Position numbers and translations under genes: made by a program
Source: Bigelowiella natans CCMP2755
Taxonomy: Eukaryota; Protista; Cercozoa
Reading direction: 5' to 3'
Length of the DNA stretch: 64,000 bases
Assembly: GCA_000320545.1 (NCBI GenBank)
Contig: ADNK01001279.1
Span: forward strand, 62,001 to 126,000
The notes under the pieces: model-generated
The model's database searches: none
The model's input: the letters and a program-made list of their open reading frames with translations, nothing else
Told to the model about the DNA's origin: nothing
Shown here: one piece after another, positions 13,724 to 27,259 of the stretch
How positions within the stretch are numbered: the first letter of the stretch is position 1
Layout: each line of letters begins with the position of its first letter

Positions 13724-14684
13724 CTAGAGGAAAACATTATGGTGGTAGCACGAGGTTGGGCCTTTATATAGTAGTTGTTCTATTCGAAAGCACCATGTCG
13801 TTAGTCGTCGAGAGTCGTTAGTCGTTGATTGATATTAGCAATTGCCGTCAATGTCTATGTCTTACTATTCAATCCTAGGATCTTCCCACTCTTTCTAAGC
13901 ACACACACACACACACACACACATACGCATGCATGCACATGCATACACATGATTGATCAATCATTCTATCCTATCAACAAAATAATGAGGTCATATTATC
14001 TTTTCCAACTGACAACATTTTCTTCTAATCACTCGGTGGTTTGTGCTTGCTTTTGGCAGAAATAGACGTAGTGAGCTACCTCGTAGCAGCTCTCTCGCTT
14101 GAGCGGTATACCAAGGATAGGGATGGGAACGAGAATCGTAGCACCAAAGACGATGATCGGCAGCAAAATCAAGAAAAACTGGAACAATCACTATTTCTCT
14201 CATGGATGGGTAAGCAGCTACAACATAATGATTCGAATTTCGACAACACACCTCCTCCTTTCCTACGAAACTATGAGCTTATTCCTTTCTACCCATCACC
14301 ATCAGAGAGACTAGAAGCTAGTGAGCGATCAGGGGATCAATCATTATTGTCTACTACTACGTCACCTTTCAAATCAACATCTTCTGGAGATAGAAGCACA
14401 GACTACTATGAGCATCATACCCAAGTAATCATAAGGGGGAAAAGCAGCGACTCCAATATCAGATTGCAGCTACGGGTGAACGGAGAAGCAGCGTGGAAAA
14501 TTCGGGAGATTTATTGCATGCATCTTTACGGGATGAGGAGAAAGTGGCCTCATTTTAGAAGAAAGAGTACGATGACGCCATTTGAGGTCAGCAACTTCTC
14601 CGCTGCTGAGAAAAACAGATACCTCCAATATGCGAAAGCGCGCTTCCAAGACCTCCCGAATGAAGTGTACAAGGGCAGCGGCAT

Positions 14685-14717
<33 letters not shown>

Positions 14718-15251
14718 ATTGTTACCTGAAGAAGAATTAGCAACACACACTAGTCACGACGATGACGATGACGACGACGATGAAGATTGCAATGTTGCCA
14801 GTATTTTGTGACCATCATCTTCCATTACTCTTCCTTTCCTCTGACATTGCTTCCTCCCCCTCAACAAGGGTTCACTTACTGCGCTTTAATTTGATAAATC
14901 CAATATTGAAATAGAATCACGTATTCACACACACACACACACACACACACAAACATACACATACACACACATTTAATCACCAAATCACCCATCTTGCTTG
15001 TTTTCTTTCAAATTTTCCTTGTTCGAAATGGTGATAAGGGATTGCTTAGGATGGATGGAAACTAGCTTGCAACATCGTAACCGGTCTCGCATAAAATACA
15101 ACCAAGTGCACGAATACTCGGAAAAGAAGGCAGCGCCCTCACTAATTTTGTCATCTGAAGTCAAGCGGAACGACCTTCAGTTGTCTGTATCGCAACAGCA
15201 GCAGCAGCAGCAGCAGCAGAGAATAAATGACACTCAGAATCATTTCTCAAT

Positions 15252-15286
<35 letters not shown>

Positions 15287-15536
15287 TATCAGTTCCAGAC
15301 CAACAGTGGGATTCTATCAATATATTCTCCCATAAAAACTATCGAAAGGTAATATGAGTACTGGTAATTAATTGTTGTGTAATTTTTACTTTATCCATTT
15401 CCTTTTTAGGTTGTGTTCCTGTGTGCGAGTATTGTCATTAATGACGAAAGGGATGTTCATGAGCGGTTTGTAATTTCTAGAAATAATAATATTTCTAAGC
15501 AAATACATTTTTTATGTTTATAGGTGAGATTATACT

Positions 15537-15574
<38 letters not shown>

Positions 15575-15619
15575 TTGGTAGAATTGATGGAAAGCTGTGA
15601 CAAGCATTCGTGTGTTTAA
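10271..15619 (+). CDS. TAF1B: RNA polymerase I initiation factor TAF1B/RRN7-like; multi-exon
   Basis: N-terminal zinc ribbon CPNCLAVGSFKEDDGVFTCRRC. Cyclin-fold motifs PKLHYAHTLAAVYL|SCRIWRVAVTQADIWRMTCEGKIPY and LRWTRCLALP. C-terminal YRKVVFLCASIV..LVELMESCDKHSCV*. Confidence 0.75.
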
Positions 15620-16380
15620 GAGAATCTGAACTTTGAGCAGTTTACATGTTTGCCCTTCTACTGCTGATGTTTTGTGACCAATCATTCATCAATTCAGGGT
15701 CTTGGAAGTCCTTGCCCTTTTTAAGAAATTCATCAGCACTGAGCTAGCAGTGAGTTATTCGAGGCAGAATGACATGCGCTAGCATGATGAGATCTAGAGA
15801 TGCTAGGATGGTGCGTCCCACTGAAGCAAAGAAACATCAATGATTTAATGAGCATAGCACATTGAAAGTCTGCATGTAGCTAGCTAGGTAGGTCTCAATG
15901 TCTGCGCTTGACATGCTAGCATGTCATCATGTTCTAGTGTTCATCGTACGCGCTAGCACGCTGATTATGCGATTTAGCTAGCTTGCTAGATCTAGCTACT
16001 AGCTAGTCGATAGTCTAGCTAGCTAGTATAGTCACCAGTATACTACTAGCATAGCATCGATGCGAGCAATCCATCTGAATGACACAATCTAGCAGTGTGC
16101 GCATGTGTGTCACATCGCATGGCGGCAAGACTTGAAGAGCTCTAGAGCTAGATGGATCGCCGGTCACGCTCTATAGCAGCGCTCTGCAGCTAGAATTCTA
16201 AAATTGCTTTTGTTGGTCCACATGTTGCATGGTAGCACAGCACATACGCTTAAGAGTGTCGTTACATGTCGAGTGATTCTAATAAGCATGCTCGTCATGC
16301 AAATACAACCGAAAGCAAGTTTGTAGAATTTCAGATTATACTAGCTTTGCTTGTACAGATGCATGCGCTCATAGACGCAG
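15620..16380. repeat. Partially TpA-depleted, CTAG-rich repeat island between convergent TAF1B and psaF 3' ends
   Basis: Dense gctagc/tagctagctag and catg/tgca words, with many remaining TAs in CTAG. Confidence 0.55.
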
Positions 16381-16431
16381 CGATAATATTTAGTCGATCC
16401 TATCCCGACACTTCAGATTTACTGAAACTAA

Positions 16432-17558
16432 TTACTTAGCACTGACGGTGACGTCAGAAGCCTTAGCGGTGAGGTCTCCATTCTTAGCCCTAATAAATGT
16501 AATCAGAAACATGAAAACCAACATCTGTAGGTAATTATTAATGGAGAAAAACTTACTCCTTCCATGCTTCAATTGGCCAAGCAGCACCCCCAAGCATAGC
16601 TTTAGACATGCGACCCATGTCAAGAACAATTTCGGTTTGCTGAATAGTAAGAAAGTGATTAGAAGTATGATCTTTTTTAACGAATCTTAATTTCTAACCG
16701 TAGGCTTAGCTTCTTCGTTCCTGTTTCCTCGAATGTACTTACGTCCAGCCCATCCAATCCATCCATTGATGTAAAGGAAAGCAAGAGCAGGGATTGCGAA
16801 TTCTCCTTCGTGTCCACGGAATTCAGGACCAACAATAAGGTGTGGAAGTCCATCAGGGCCGCAAAGAAGGGAGGTCTTGCCGTAACTGTAATTTGGTTTA
16901 TTCGGTGATTAATTATGCAACTCTAAAAGCCCTAATCCCAATTAAAGTCGTTAATCTATATATTACGCGTCAAAGCGCTTCTTCGTCCTATCGATGCGGT
17001 TTGAAAGCTCGAGGTATCCAGGGGTTCCCTCAGGAGTCTTCTTCAGCTGCTTCTCGAGAGCCTTAACCTGTACCACAAAATTGGGTCACAAACAAATCAT
17101 GCAAATTATATTTCAAAATATTGACCTCTTTAGTCTCGCGCTTTTTGAAAGCAGGGTTTTCCGAGCACTTAGTGAGGCCGGAGACATCTGCATGAGCTCC
17201 GCCAGCCATGGCAAGAGCACCCATACCAGCCATTGCAAGACCAGCAGCAGCCTGGAATGTGGAACAGATTAAAAATTAAAAAGTCCGAATTTAGACTTTT
17301 AATTTTTTTCTATGAAAGTGCATAGACTGTATAGGGAAAAAGTGCATAACAATGTGCAGCTACAATTTACTGTACTTATTCATTGTAGCAGGTACCCCCG
17401 CATTTCATTTCATAAATTACCTTCTTTGGTAGGCTATCCTTGGCTGCGCTTACAGCTGTACGTGAAGGGAGAGCGGTTCTCATTCTAGCAACAGTGGAGC
17501 GCATAGGGCGGGCGGCAACAAGGCCAAAGCAAAGAAGGGCGAGAGAGCGGGGCAGCAT
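16432..17558 (-). CDS. psaF: Photosystem I subunit III (PsaF) precursor with signal peptide, transit peptide and thylakoid lumen signal; 6 exons
   Basis: [30 protein letters not shown]|[42 protein letters not shown]|[17 protein letters not shown]|[44 protein letters not shown]|[20 protein letters not shown]|[18 protein letters not shown]. Confidence 0.97.
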
Positions 17559-18199
17559 GTTTCCTATGTTTCAACTTCTGGCGTTAATCCTAAGCTTCAG
17601 CCTTTTTCCTGTATTCTTGGTAATTTCTGAAGAGGAATTATACAGAGGTTTTATTCTCCGACCATGTGCTTTTGTTGTCGTAGATAAATAGATGAAGCTA
17701 ATTTGGTTTTATGAATACATATTGAACGACTGACACGGCCTCGTGACACGCAAGAGCAATCTTTCAGATTCAAAGTATATCAAAGAAAGGAGCAAAGGAT
17801 CTAAATTTAGCTATACGACAAATCTAAAGAGAAGACGGTTCATAAATCATAATTGGTTATTCTTCTAAGAACATGTAATTAATGTAAATTCTAATTTGAA
17901 ACTTGATACAGCGAAAAATCAAGCCTTGATGGGCTCAAATAGTGCATAAATTACCTTCATTTTGGTAATCGTCACGAAATAGAAGAGTTCATCACTGAAA
18001 CGTAGGTGATTTTTGAGTGAAATTGCCCGCGGTGGTCCGTTATGGAATTAATAATAATTCAACCTCAAAAGTTGACGCACAAATGCACATGTCATTGTTA
18101 CTATGACATGATACGACATTTCCTTGAAGTCGTCTATACAAAAAAATAGGGTTCATGTTTTTAATATAAATATTTGGCCACATATATATATCTTAATTA

Positions 18200-20258
18200 A
18201 GGCATTTTACCATAACCCCACTCTTTCGGTCTTGGCTCTTTTGGTAGTTGGGGAAACTTGGCCTGTTCCCGAGAAGAATGTAAACAAAATTTCCTCAATT
18301 TGTTTCATATTTGCAAATTCGGAGCGCATTTGCAGGAAAAACCATAGTACTTGAAAAGATGCCAAGTAATGAAGAGAACTAGAAGAATGCCTTTTCTGGC
18401 ATAAAATGTATGCGGTTTTACTCGTATCCAGGCTTGCAAATTTGGTGTCGTACGAGCGTAGATATCATATACTAAAGTACACAACATGGATTCCATTAGG
18501 CATTCTTGGATTGTTAGGAGACCAACAGATACTGTTGATAAAATCTTGGATTCTGTATTAGCGACATACATTCATGTATGTCGTATCGTACAAACGCAAA
18601 TCTCGATTCGCAAGGGCACAATGTCTTCTGCAGGTGTCCCTCTTGAATCGTATTCTGATGCAACAATTTGAGCCTTGTTTTTTTTTAGCAGAGAGTGGAG
18701 TGTTATTTCCTTCTGATGGTTCAAGACGTTCAACTACGGCATTTGGAATTGGATTTCTTAAATCCATTGCGAAATCTTTTGGAGGACCAAAGCCTTCGGA
18801 AGGGTCATCAGATCCGAAGAAATGGCGCTGGGGGTAAATTGTGCCACTTACGTGATCCTTTCCCTTGCATGACTATCTTGTGGAATATTTTAGTTGTTTT
18901 TTCTGTTCAAAAGCTCATTATATCGCAATTCAATAATTTTCACAGGTACATGCCACACTTGGTCGCGTCTGTAATGGCCCTAGCAAACGCTGACAGCAAA
19001 ACTGCACTTTCTGGCACTGCAAACGTTCTGGACCATGTGTACAAGTAACGAAACAAATTTTACTGTTGTTTGTACTAGTATTAATTCTTGATGTATCTTT
19101 GCTGCCAGTGGAATGAGATTCGTAGACCCCAACAGTGGGGTTGAGATGTCGCTAGCTCAAGCAATGAAGAAAAAGAGAGCCAAGGTCCGTACCTTTCAAT
19201 GCATGTAGATTCATTTATGGCTAAATATTTTTATAAATTAAAGGAGGGAGCTTTTTTGACGGAGACTGTGGTGGGAGAAAAGCCATTAGCGAAGTGCTCT
19301 GATCTGATCGTGCCATATAATCCCAATCTCCAACCAGGCAGACCTTACCGTGGATCAGAGCTGGTTTGTAATATTAATTTCCGTATATTTCATACAAATT
19401 ACTACTGTTTGATACAATTATTGCATGAAATAATAAAAAAATAGTAACTTCCATCCACAATTTATGTATTCAGAGGGAGCTTGTTTCTGAATGGGCCAAG
19501 GATGGGAACATTGAGAAGTAGTACGTCGTCGTCGTCGCCCTTTCGAATGGATCGGGAAATACGTATTTTCGCAACTAGTGCACCTACTACTACTACTATT
19601 ACTACTACTTAAAAATAATGAAGTGCCCATCACTCTCCTTATGCATGTTGAATTCAATATGTCAGGTCAGCGGTACATTCGGTGGACTTCTTCTCAAGCT
19701 TGAAAGAGGTAGTAATAAGATGGGAAAAGCATCTTCTAGTGACGAAAATTCATAGAGGTTTTAATACAATGCGAAATTTGGGTGCTAGTGCAGCAGCGGA
19801 AAGCAATAAGTAGATAGGAATCACAGTGAACTAATAAACCGGCATCCTTGTCCTACATACAGTTAAATTTGAAAGGAAAGTGTTTCGTGCTTCTTGGCGC
19901 GTCCTCGGAAATGGTATGAAAACAATAGCCATGTGATGATAATGCAGTGAGCTGCACAACCAAACACATTGAGCATGGTATTTTTATTATTTACAGGGTC
20001 CTTTGGAGTATTTACTTGGATATGGAGCAACGGTGCTGGCTGTAGCTCGTCCGGATGGAAAGTTGTTGCAGTAGCACTTGTAGTAGTAGTAGTAGTAGTA
20101 GCAGCAGCAGCAGCAGCAGTACTATTAAGAAGGAAGTAAGTTTATTTTTGGATAACGAGGAGAAGGACCTACAAGAGCCAATAATAATAATTCATGTAGT
20201 GATTGAAATACGTACAGAATAGATGTCACACCTACCACAAGCAATCTATCCTCACGAT

Positions 20259-20298
<40 letters not shown>

Positions 20299-21358
20299 CT
20301 TTTGAGAAACATCATATCTATCTATCTACTGCTACTATGATAAAGAAAACCAAAATGGGACCGAATCAAGTCGCTTGCCAGGAATTCTGCTGGTACTATG
20401 TGCTGCCTACTTGTTTGCTATCACTCTCTGATGCTTCGATAGAAGAGTAGAACACACTCCTACGATTAAGATCCCCAATTCATCGACAACAACATAAACA
20501 ACATGTTGTATTGTTGCTCAGGAAAGCTTCTCTGCCCCTGTAAGAAGGATGCGGGGAATAACGGTAACAAGGGGGTTGTAGTAGGCGCAGATCTACTAAA
20601 GGACACGCCAGCACTCGCAGAGTGGATATCCGAGACGGCACCGATGGACAAAGAGCTCTATATCTGCTCCTACGCGTACATGGATGGAGGCATGTTCGTG
20701 CGAGTCTCTGCTGCCATGGATGCAATCATTAGACGGGTTGCAGAGGAGAGGAAGAGGAGGAAGGAGGAGGAAAAGAAGGACAATTATGACGATAGTGTGC
20801 GTCTGGTTTACATCGACACGCCAACCCATCCACATGTGGTGCCGGTGGAATGCAAGGCTATATCCAACATGTAGTTAGTTAGAACCTCCTTCGTTACCAC
20901 CCTGCTTTAGCTATTTGTCGTCATCGTTAGCATCATCATCATCATTGCTACTACTACATTGAAAACAAAGTTGTTAGTGATAAGTCTCTCTTCCTTTAAT
21001 CGTCCTATCCTAACACTATTGATCGCAATCATCATTCTTTCTTCTAAGTATCCTACTCGATGTACTACTCGATAGGCACTACCAAAGCGCGTCTCTCTTC
21101 CAGAAGATCTTCCAAGCTCTAGGGGTAGTAGTAGGAGGCACAGTGTACAAATAAGTTATTACTGAGCAGTATTATCTATCATCGCGTGATCTTGATTATT
21201 ATTATGATTCTCAATTTGTATTATTGTTCTGATGGGTAGGTCTTGAAGCCGAACGGATATGTTTCTGTCCCAGCAGCAGCAGCAGCAGCCAAAAAATCAC
21301 CATCGTCATCTTCATCTGGGGAGCTGCTATGTGACGGGCTTCTTCCTTTTCAAGGTGC

Positions 21359-21392
<34 letters not shown>

Positions 21393-21869
21393 TCGACATG
21401 GCGAGTGCAGCAACAGCACCATATATGCAATATAACTGCAACCTCTGATGCTTCTTCTTCATCATCTTCTTCTTCTTCTTCTTCTTCTTCTACTACAAGC
21501 TACTACTATACAGCTTTCATCGGTGTGCTGTCATTACCACCCTCCCTTCCTCCCTCTCTCCTCCTCCACCCCCCCCCCTCTCTTTATTGTGAATGTATGT
21601 CTTTGACAGATTGATCTTCTCTATCATTTATTTTTTGTGTGATTCTCTCATCATCATCATCTCACAGGGCCTAACTATGCTGTTGGAAAGCTGCTCCAAC
21701 GTATTCGAGCTATGAACGCTTATCTCAATGGATGGAAGGTGTCGATTACCGTAGGACCGGGAACAGCAACAAATAGTGTCCTCCATGCCAAACTGGCAGC
21801 TAAAGCGGTGAAATACATGTACGTTTCTTCCTAAACGCTAATCAAAGAATAAACAGCTTATAGGAGAGA

Positions 21870-21914
<45 letters not shown>

Positions 21915-22360
21915 TACAGCAATTGTTTGTTTTCTATTGCTGTTACTGTTACTTTGTATTGGCCTCTTAAACCGATGATACTTTCGGAACGTTGGCGACT
22001 TTAGCGATATATCGTGTTTGTTGGATGTGATCAGGCACAATTTTAGGCCAAACGAGTTTTTTTTGGTTGAAACGGTAATACTTGTAGTTGCAGAAATCAT
22101 GGTCAATATGGTGCGAGGAGGAAGCACCATGTTTGTTTGAACAAAAGAGGAGGAGGAGGAAGAGGACGAGGAGAGATAAGGGCTTTTATTTACCGTGTTT
22201 AGTGTTTGAACGTATACTACTACAACAATATATCTGTCCCCATCATCATATCAACAACACAACAACACAACAACAACAACAACAACAACCCAAAAACCTT
22301 GTAGTTTCGGTTTTGATAAGGCGTCCAACAAAAGCGCCATATTCGTCCTCATCCTCATCC

Positions 22361-22394
<34 letters not shown>

Positions 22395-22755
22395 TGTCGC
22401 CGTCCTCGTCTTTGCCGTCGTCGTAATCACCATGTACCCTATCCTCCTCCTCCTCCTCCTCCTCCTCCTCCTCCTCTTTCTCCTCTTCCTCTCACTCCCC
22501 CTCCCCCCCCCCTTTCGAAGGTGAAGCCACTGTTGTTCATCTTTCTCGTTAATGATCTGCTGAACCCGAAGTCTCGGGTAGGAATAACTGTGCATGCTGC
22601 TGTATGGACTACATTGTCGCTGTCTTTCATCACTTGTTCCACGTTTAGTATGTTGTCACAACTGTGCTTGATTTTCTGTGTAATGGGTTGCTGCAGCAGC
22701 AGTGCTTTACTTCTGTAGTACAAGTAGGCATGGTCGCATTATTTATATATCAATA

Positions 22756-22786
<31 letters not shown>

Positions 22787-23162
22787 TTGCATATGTAGTC
22801 AACCCCACCATCTGGAGGCGTAGTGAAAGCAGCAGATTTCTTCAAGGCGATCGTTGAAAACTCTTGGCATGGGTCTTCTTCGCCTTTCCACAGTCTATTT
22901 ATCATCCGTCCCCTTATTTTCTTTTTCGTCATTTAATTCTCCTTCATTTGGAGCTGCTGATGTATTTTGCTGAGGACCACTCTTTGGTTTGTTGTTTGTC
23001 ATATGCTCTATATATAGGGGGGTGTGGTGCAGCGCATACCTCATGCGATCAACTTCTAAAATCACGATGTTTTACTATGTTCTGGACAAATACGGCGCTC
23101 TCGGAGTTGCTCTTCTCATGGGGTTTGGGGTGGCTGTTTTGAGATCATTGGGTACCAATTAA
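18200..23162 (+). CDS. Conserved hypothetical protein with a Rossmann-like motif and C-terminal TM helix; multi-exon, 5' end uncertain
   Basis: Exons: SGVLFPSDGSRRSTTAFG..KKWRW, LNLKGKCFVLLGASSEM|GPLEYLLGYGATVLAVARP, VGADLLKDTPALAEWI..CSYAYMDGGMFVRVSAAMDAI..LVYIDTPTH, GPNYAVGKLLQRIRA..VSITVGPGTATNSV, LLFIFLVNDL, ENSWHG|GVWCSAYLMRS..GALGVALLMGFGVAVLRSLGTN*. From memory, the motif order matches an uncharacterised family that includes actinobacterial members. Confidence 0.75.
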
Positions 23163-23419
23163 GTGGTTACGTTGATTTTTGCGTGCAGCGTTGCTGCTAA
23201 TTTCATTCTATTGAAGACATAAAGCAATGATCATAATAGCAGTTAAAAAGCGTTGCCATCCTCGCAATAATGCATATGATGAACTCTGCAAGGCAATAAC
23301 GGCTGGTGTAGTTGTTCATGGCGGCGAGGTCCTACCTACCGTGACAATGTGCTCAGCAGGTCAGCAGGGCTGATTCAGGCAGCCCAATAAGTACAGTCTC
23401 ATGACGTGTGACTTCGCTT

Positions 23420-23900
23420 GTACTGGAATAAGCGTTGGAGCAGCAATTATAATTTGCCGCAAAGTTGTGTTGCTTTGCATGGAAATGAACTCGCTGGCGT
23501 GGCTAGATCATCTAGCGCCCGACAAGGTTTATTTGTAGCTATATCATGGGTCCCTATACGGTACATATATGGCATACTGATGCGATTGTTAAAATTGAAT
23601 GACAGCCTGAGCAGACAAGCTAGCAAGACGCACGCGGAAAGCAACGCACGTTATATATGTGGCTGCGCAATACGGGTGCTCGGTGACGCTATGTTAGGTT
23701 TGCTACGACATTTGTGGTAGCTAGCATGCATCATCACCTGCTAGCCTGCTGCCACACACATGCGAGCTAGCAAGGCATGCATGCTCATGCATGGGACAAA
23801 TGGCAATTGTTCAACTAGATTCCATGAATAACTGAATAACTGCGTGCTCTGACAATGACAATCATTATGAGTTCTGTTGATTGATGCATATGTTGTAAAA
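23420..23900. repeat. Partially TpA-depleted repeat island between convergent genes
   Basis: gctagc and catgcatg words; TA is scarce in 23720-23830 outside CTAG. Confidence 0.45.
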
Positions 23901-23920
23901 ATGTACAGGCGCAATCGCCA

Positions 23921-26738
23921 TCATGCGTGGTCTAATCGCGATTTCAATTCCTTGGGCGGTTTTGACGAATGCAACAGCTGTGGATTTTCCCTGTAAAATT
24001 CTTCAAGACCAGGTTGCTGTGAGACGACATCACTGTTATGAAGCTGAGCTTCTGCCGATTTTCGCATCGACTCTGCTGCTGCAGCCCGCCGTCCCTTCAT
24101 CTTAAGATGGAAGAACTCCTGCTTAAGAAGTTCCATGTCCTTGTTTATCTTCTCAATATCATATTTACACTCGTAGACCCGTGCCTGGTACATTTTGAGC
24201 TCATCTCGCATGGCTCTCAGCTCACCTTTCTTCTGCTTGACTGTTGACGCGAACATCTGCAATTTCTCCTGCTCCTCCCTGCCTGGCTGGCGCGCCAGTA
24301 CTCTTCGTAACTCCTCGTAGAGTTTTTCGCGTTCGCGAATCATCGAATCCTTCACCTCGGCCTTTGCACTTTTTCGCATTATCTGTCGCTGAAGCAAATG
24401 CACCTGCTTGATTTTGTCATATGCCTCCGTATCTGTGTCCTTAAGAAGCCTCCATCGATGGATGTTAACCGACTTCTTCATTTCCTCCAGGAGAGCTTTT
24501 GTTCGCAGCTTCTCTTGGATGATATCTCGTTGTACGTGACCGATTTGTACCTTAAGTTCGTCAAAACGCTCTATTTCATTTCGAATACCATCTAGCGTTT
24601 GCTCAACTTCGTCTCTTTCTTTTCGGGTCTGCACTATTTGCTTCATACGTTCCTGATAAGCGACTTCCCCCTTGGTCAAAACTGATTGCTGAATGTGGAT
24701 TTCGTCATATAACTTATGTAGCGTACCATTATGGGCCGTTAGTTGCTGGTTAAGGATTTTCTGCTCTGCCTGTATGTTGTCATACAGCTTCTTCTGCTCA
24801 TGCAATTCGTCCTCTGCAACTTCGATCAACTTTGAGATGGTTTCGATCTTCTCCTTATTCTCTGCAATTATTACTTTCTTGTCCTTTATTTGTTGGGCAA
24901 GTCGCTTGCACTGCTGCGTAAGGTTCTCTAAGCGTTCGTTTGTGTGCTTTAAGTTGAGATGTTCGGTGAGGATGGAAATGTCCTGGTCTTGAATCTCTTG
25001 CTTTAGATGCCGTATTCGTATCGCAAATTCGGTGAGCGTGCGGTTGTACTCAGCGATTTCTACCTTCTGCGTGGCAAGCTGCTCTGTGTGGAGCAAGCGC
25101 TCCTTCTTTACATTTGTTATCATGCGCGACATGCTTTTGAGCTTTGCCTCCAAATCTTGAATTTTTAGCATGTTCTCTGCCTGATTGTCATATATAGCCC
25201 TATTAGTCGCTACACTTTGGAGGGAGATTGTTCGATTACTCTGCACACGTACACACACGCCATTTCACACGATAACACAACAACAATTATGGTCTAACGC
25301 AAATTAACACTGAAACAAGCACATAGTGGCATGATGAAGTACTTACGATAACGTCTGTCCGTTTTTGCACTTCTTCCCTTGCTTTTCCTGTCTGCAATGT
25401 GCGCTTGCGAAACTCCATGTTAAGCGCTTCATGCTCTTGCTGTAGCTGGTCTATCTTCAAAAAGAGGTTCTTTGCATTGTGCTCATAACTAGAGGCGTCG
25501 TTTTCGATGCTCTTAAGCTGGACAGTGAGCACACGCTCCTGGATCTTTTGTTTTTCAAGATTGGACTTCTTGGCATGCTTTTCGCTCTTAAGACAATCCT
25601 TCTCTCGTAAAAGAGCATCACGATCTCTTGTCAGCAAACCATGCTTAAATTGTAGCTCTTTAACCTCAGTTTTCATTTTGTCCATATCCTTTTCAATGTC
25701 GCTTTTTTTCTTCTCCCCCTTAGCAACCTTTGCTTCCACTATCTTGCTCTCAGCCTGGGTAGAGAGAATCATTTTCTGCAGCACATTGGCCTCACGATTT
25801 GTCTTTGATGCTTTTGCTTTGACATTCTCGAGCTCTCGACAAAGCTCCTCGACAGTAGAAGAAACCTTTTTGTTCCTATGACTTACCTCGAAGATCTGGT
25901 TCTTTCCTTCGCGGGCTCGGTTTTCGTATTCCTCGATGTCGCGCTTCAAAACCTCCACATTATCGAGGAAATTCTGCATGCGCTTTTTCTCATGGACTAT
26001 ATTCTCCTCTATCCTTTTTATATTGTTCATAGCTTCTTGAATTTCTGCCTGATGAGCACTCATGTTCATCTCAAGATCCGAAATCTCACGGAGGCTGTTC
26101 CGCTTTCGATCAGCCTCCTTGCGGGATTGCATCTTGATATCGCTATATTTATCCTCTAGGATACTAATAGCCTGTTCGAGCTCCACTTTCTCATTGAAAA
26201 TCTTATTCTTCTTTTCCAGGATCACCGTGTTTTCCTGTCTGACTTCAGTGAGCACGCTCAAGTTCGACGAAATTATTTCGCGGTTATCTTTGATGCGATC
26301 TTCTAGCTTCAAGATGCGCTCTTTGTGTTTCTGGTCTATACTTATTCCGGTTTCCTCAATTGTCTTATCATACTCTATAAGCTTTTGTTTCAAGTCTTCT
26401 ATCTTCCTTTCCTTCTCCTCCTTGCCTTTTTTTGCAGCAGTTGCCTTGTCCTCAAGTTCTTGGAATGCTCCACCTGTTTCTCGCAGCACCTCTTCGTGTT
26501 TGAGTATGAGTTGATCACATTCAACGCCTATCTTATTGATTTCTTCTGCTTGGTTTACCATATCACGGCATCGAGATAAAAACTTGCTTTCGCTCTTCCT
26601 TGCCGTGCGAAGGTTATCCTGCAGCTTTTTGTACTCAGCTGCGAAACCAGCTAGGACCTCATCTTCAATGTTCAATTTATCTAAGAGATCAGGAGAAACA
26701 GGAACCTCGGCTATCTGTTCCTTGTTCACCTCCTCCAT
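23921..26738 (-). CDS. CFAP58: Cilia- and flagella-associated protein 58 (CFAP58/CCDC147)-like coiled-coil protein; two large exons (26738-25347, 25240-23921), an upstream exon is possible
   Basis: Long coiled coil with the family motifs NIHRWRLL..AYDKIKQVHLLQRQI..REKLYEELRRVLARQPG..ELKMYQARVYECKYDIEK. GTAAGT..CAG intron at 25346-25241. Confidence 0.88.
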
Positions 26739-27259
26739 CAGGGACGATAACTGAGATGATGAAAACAATGGAACATAACGGAAAGAAGGGTAAGAAGTAT
26801 ATTAAATGTGATTCAAGGTGTTACATACAACCCTCGGTTAGAGACTTCACCACTTCAATTCTGCAGCTTTTCTCTTTGACAGACAGATTTTTCTCCTCTC
26901 TTCTCCCTCTCTCGCTCAGCTTCGATGCATATCCCAGAAGGTCAACGTTGGGGGAGGTAACGCTTCCAGCAGCAGAACCCCAAAATGAACCGAGTAACAA
27001 CAAATATTAATGTCTCCAAGGGAAAATGCCTTGCATTATCAAATACTTTGGCTAAAATTGTGGAATCGAGGATTATCCTCCCTATCGACAAAGAGATATA
27101 GTAATGCTACCACGAAATTGCTGTAGGTAACGATCAATGTTTTTTTTTGGAATTTGTCGTTGTCGCAAAAGTAAAAACGACGTGGATTTAAGTATTTAGG
27201 AACGGCAAAACATATACAAATTAAGAGCCAGACATCCAGCGTGCTCCTCTCGGATATGG

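Noticed and set aside
25507-26514. Plus-strand ORFs opposite CFAP58 (also 40400-41035 and 43305-43685 opposite the large gene)
   Set aside because: Antisense shadows of real coding exons.
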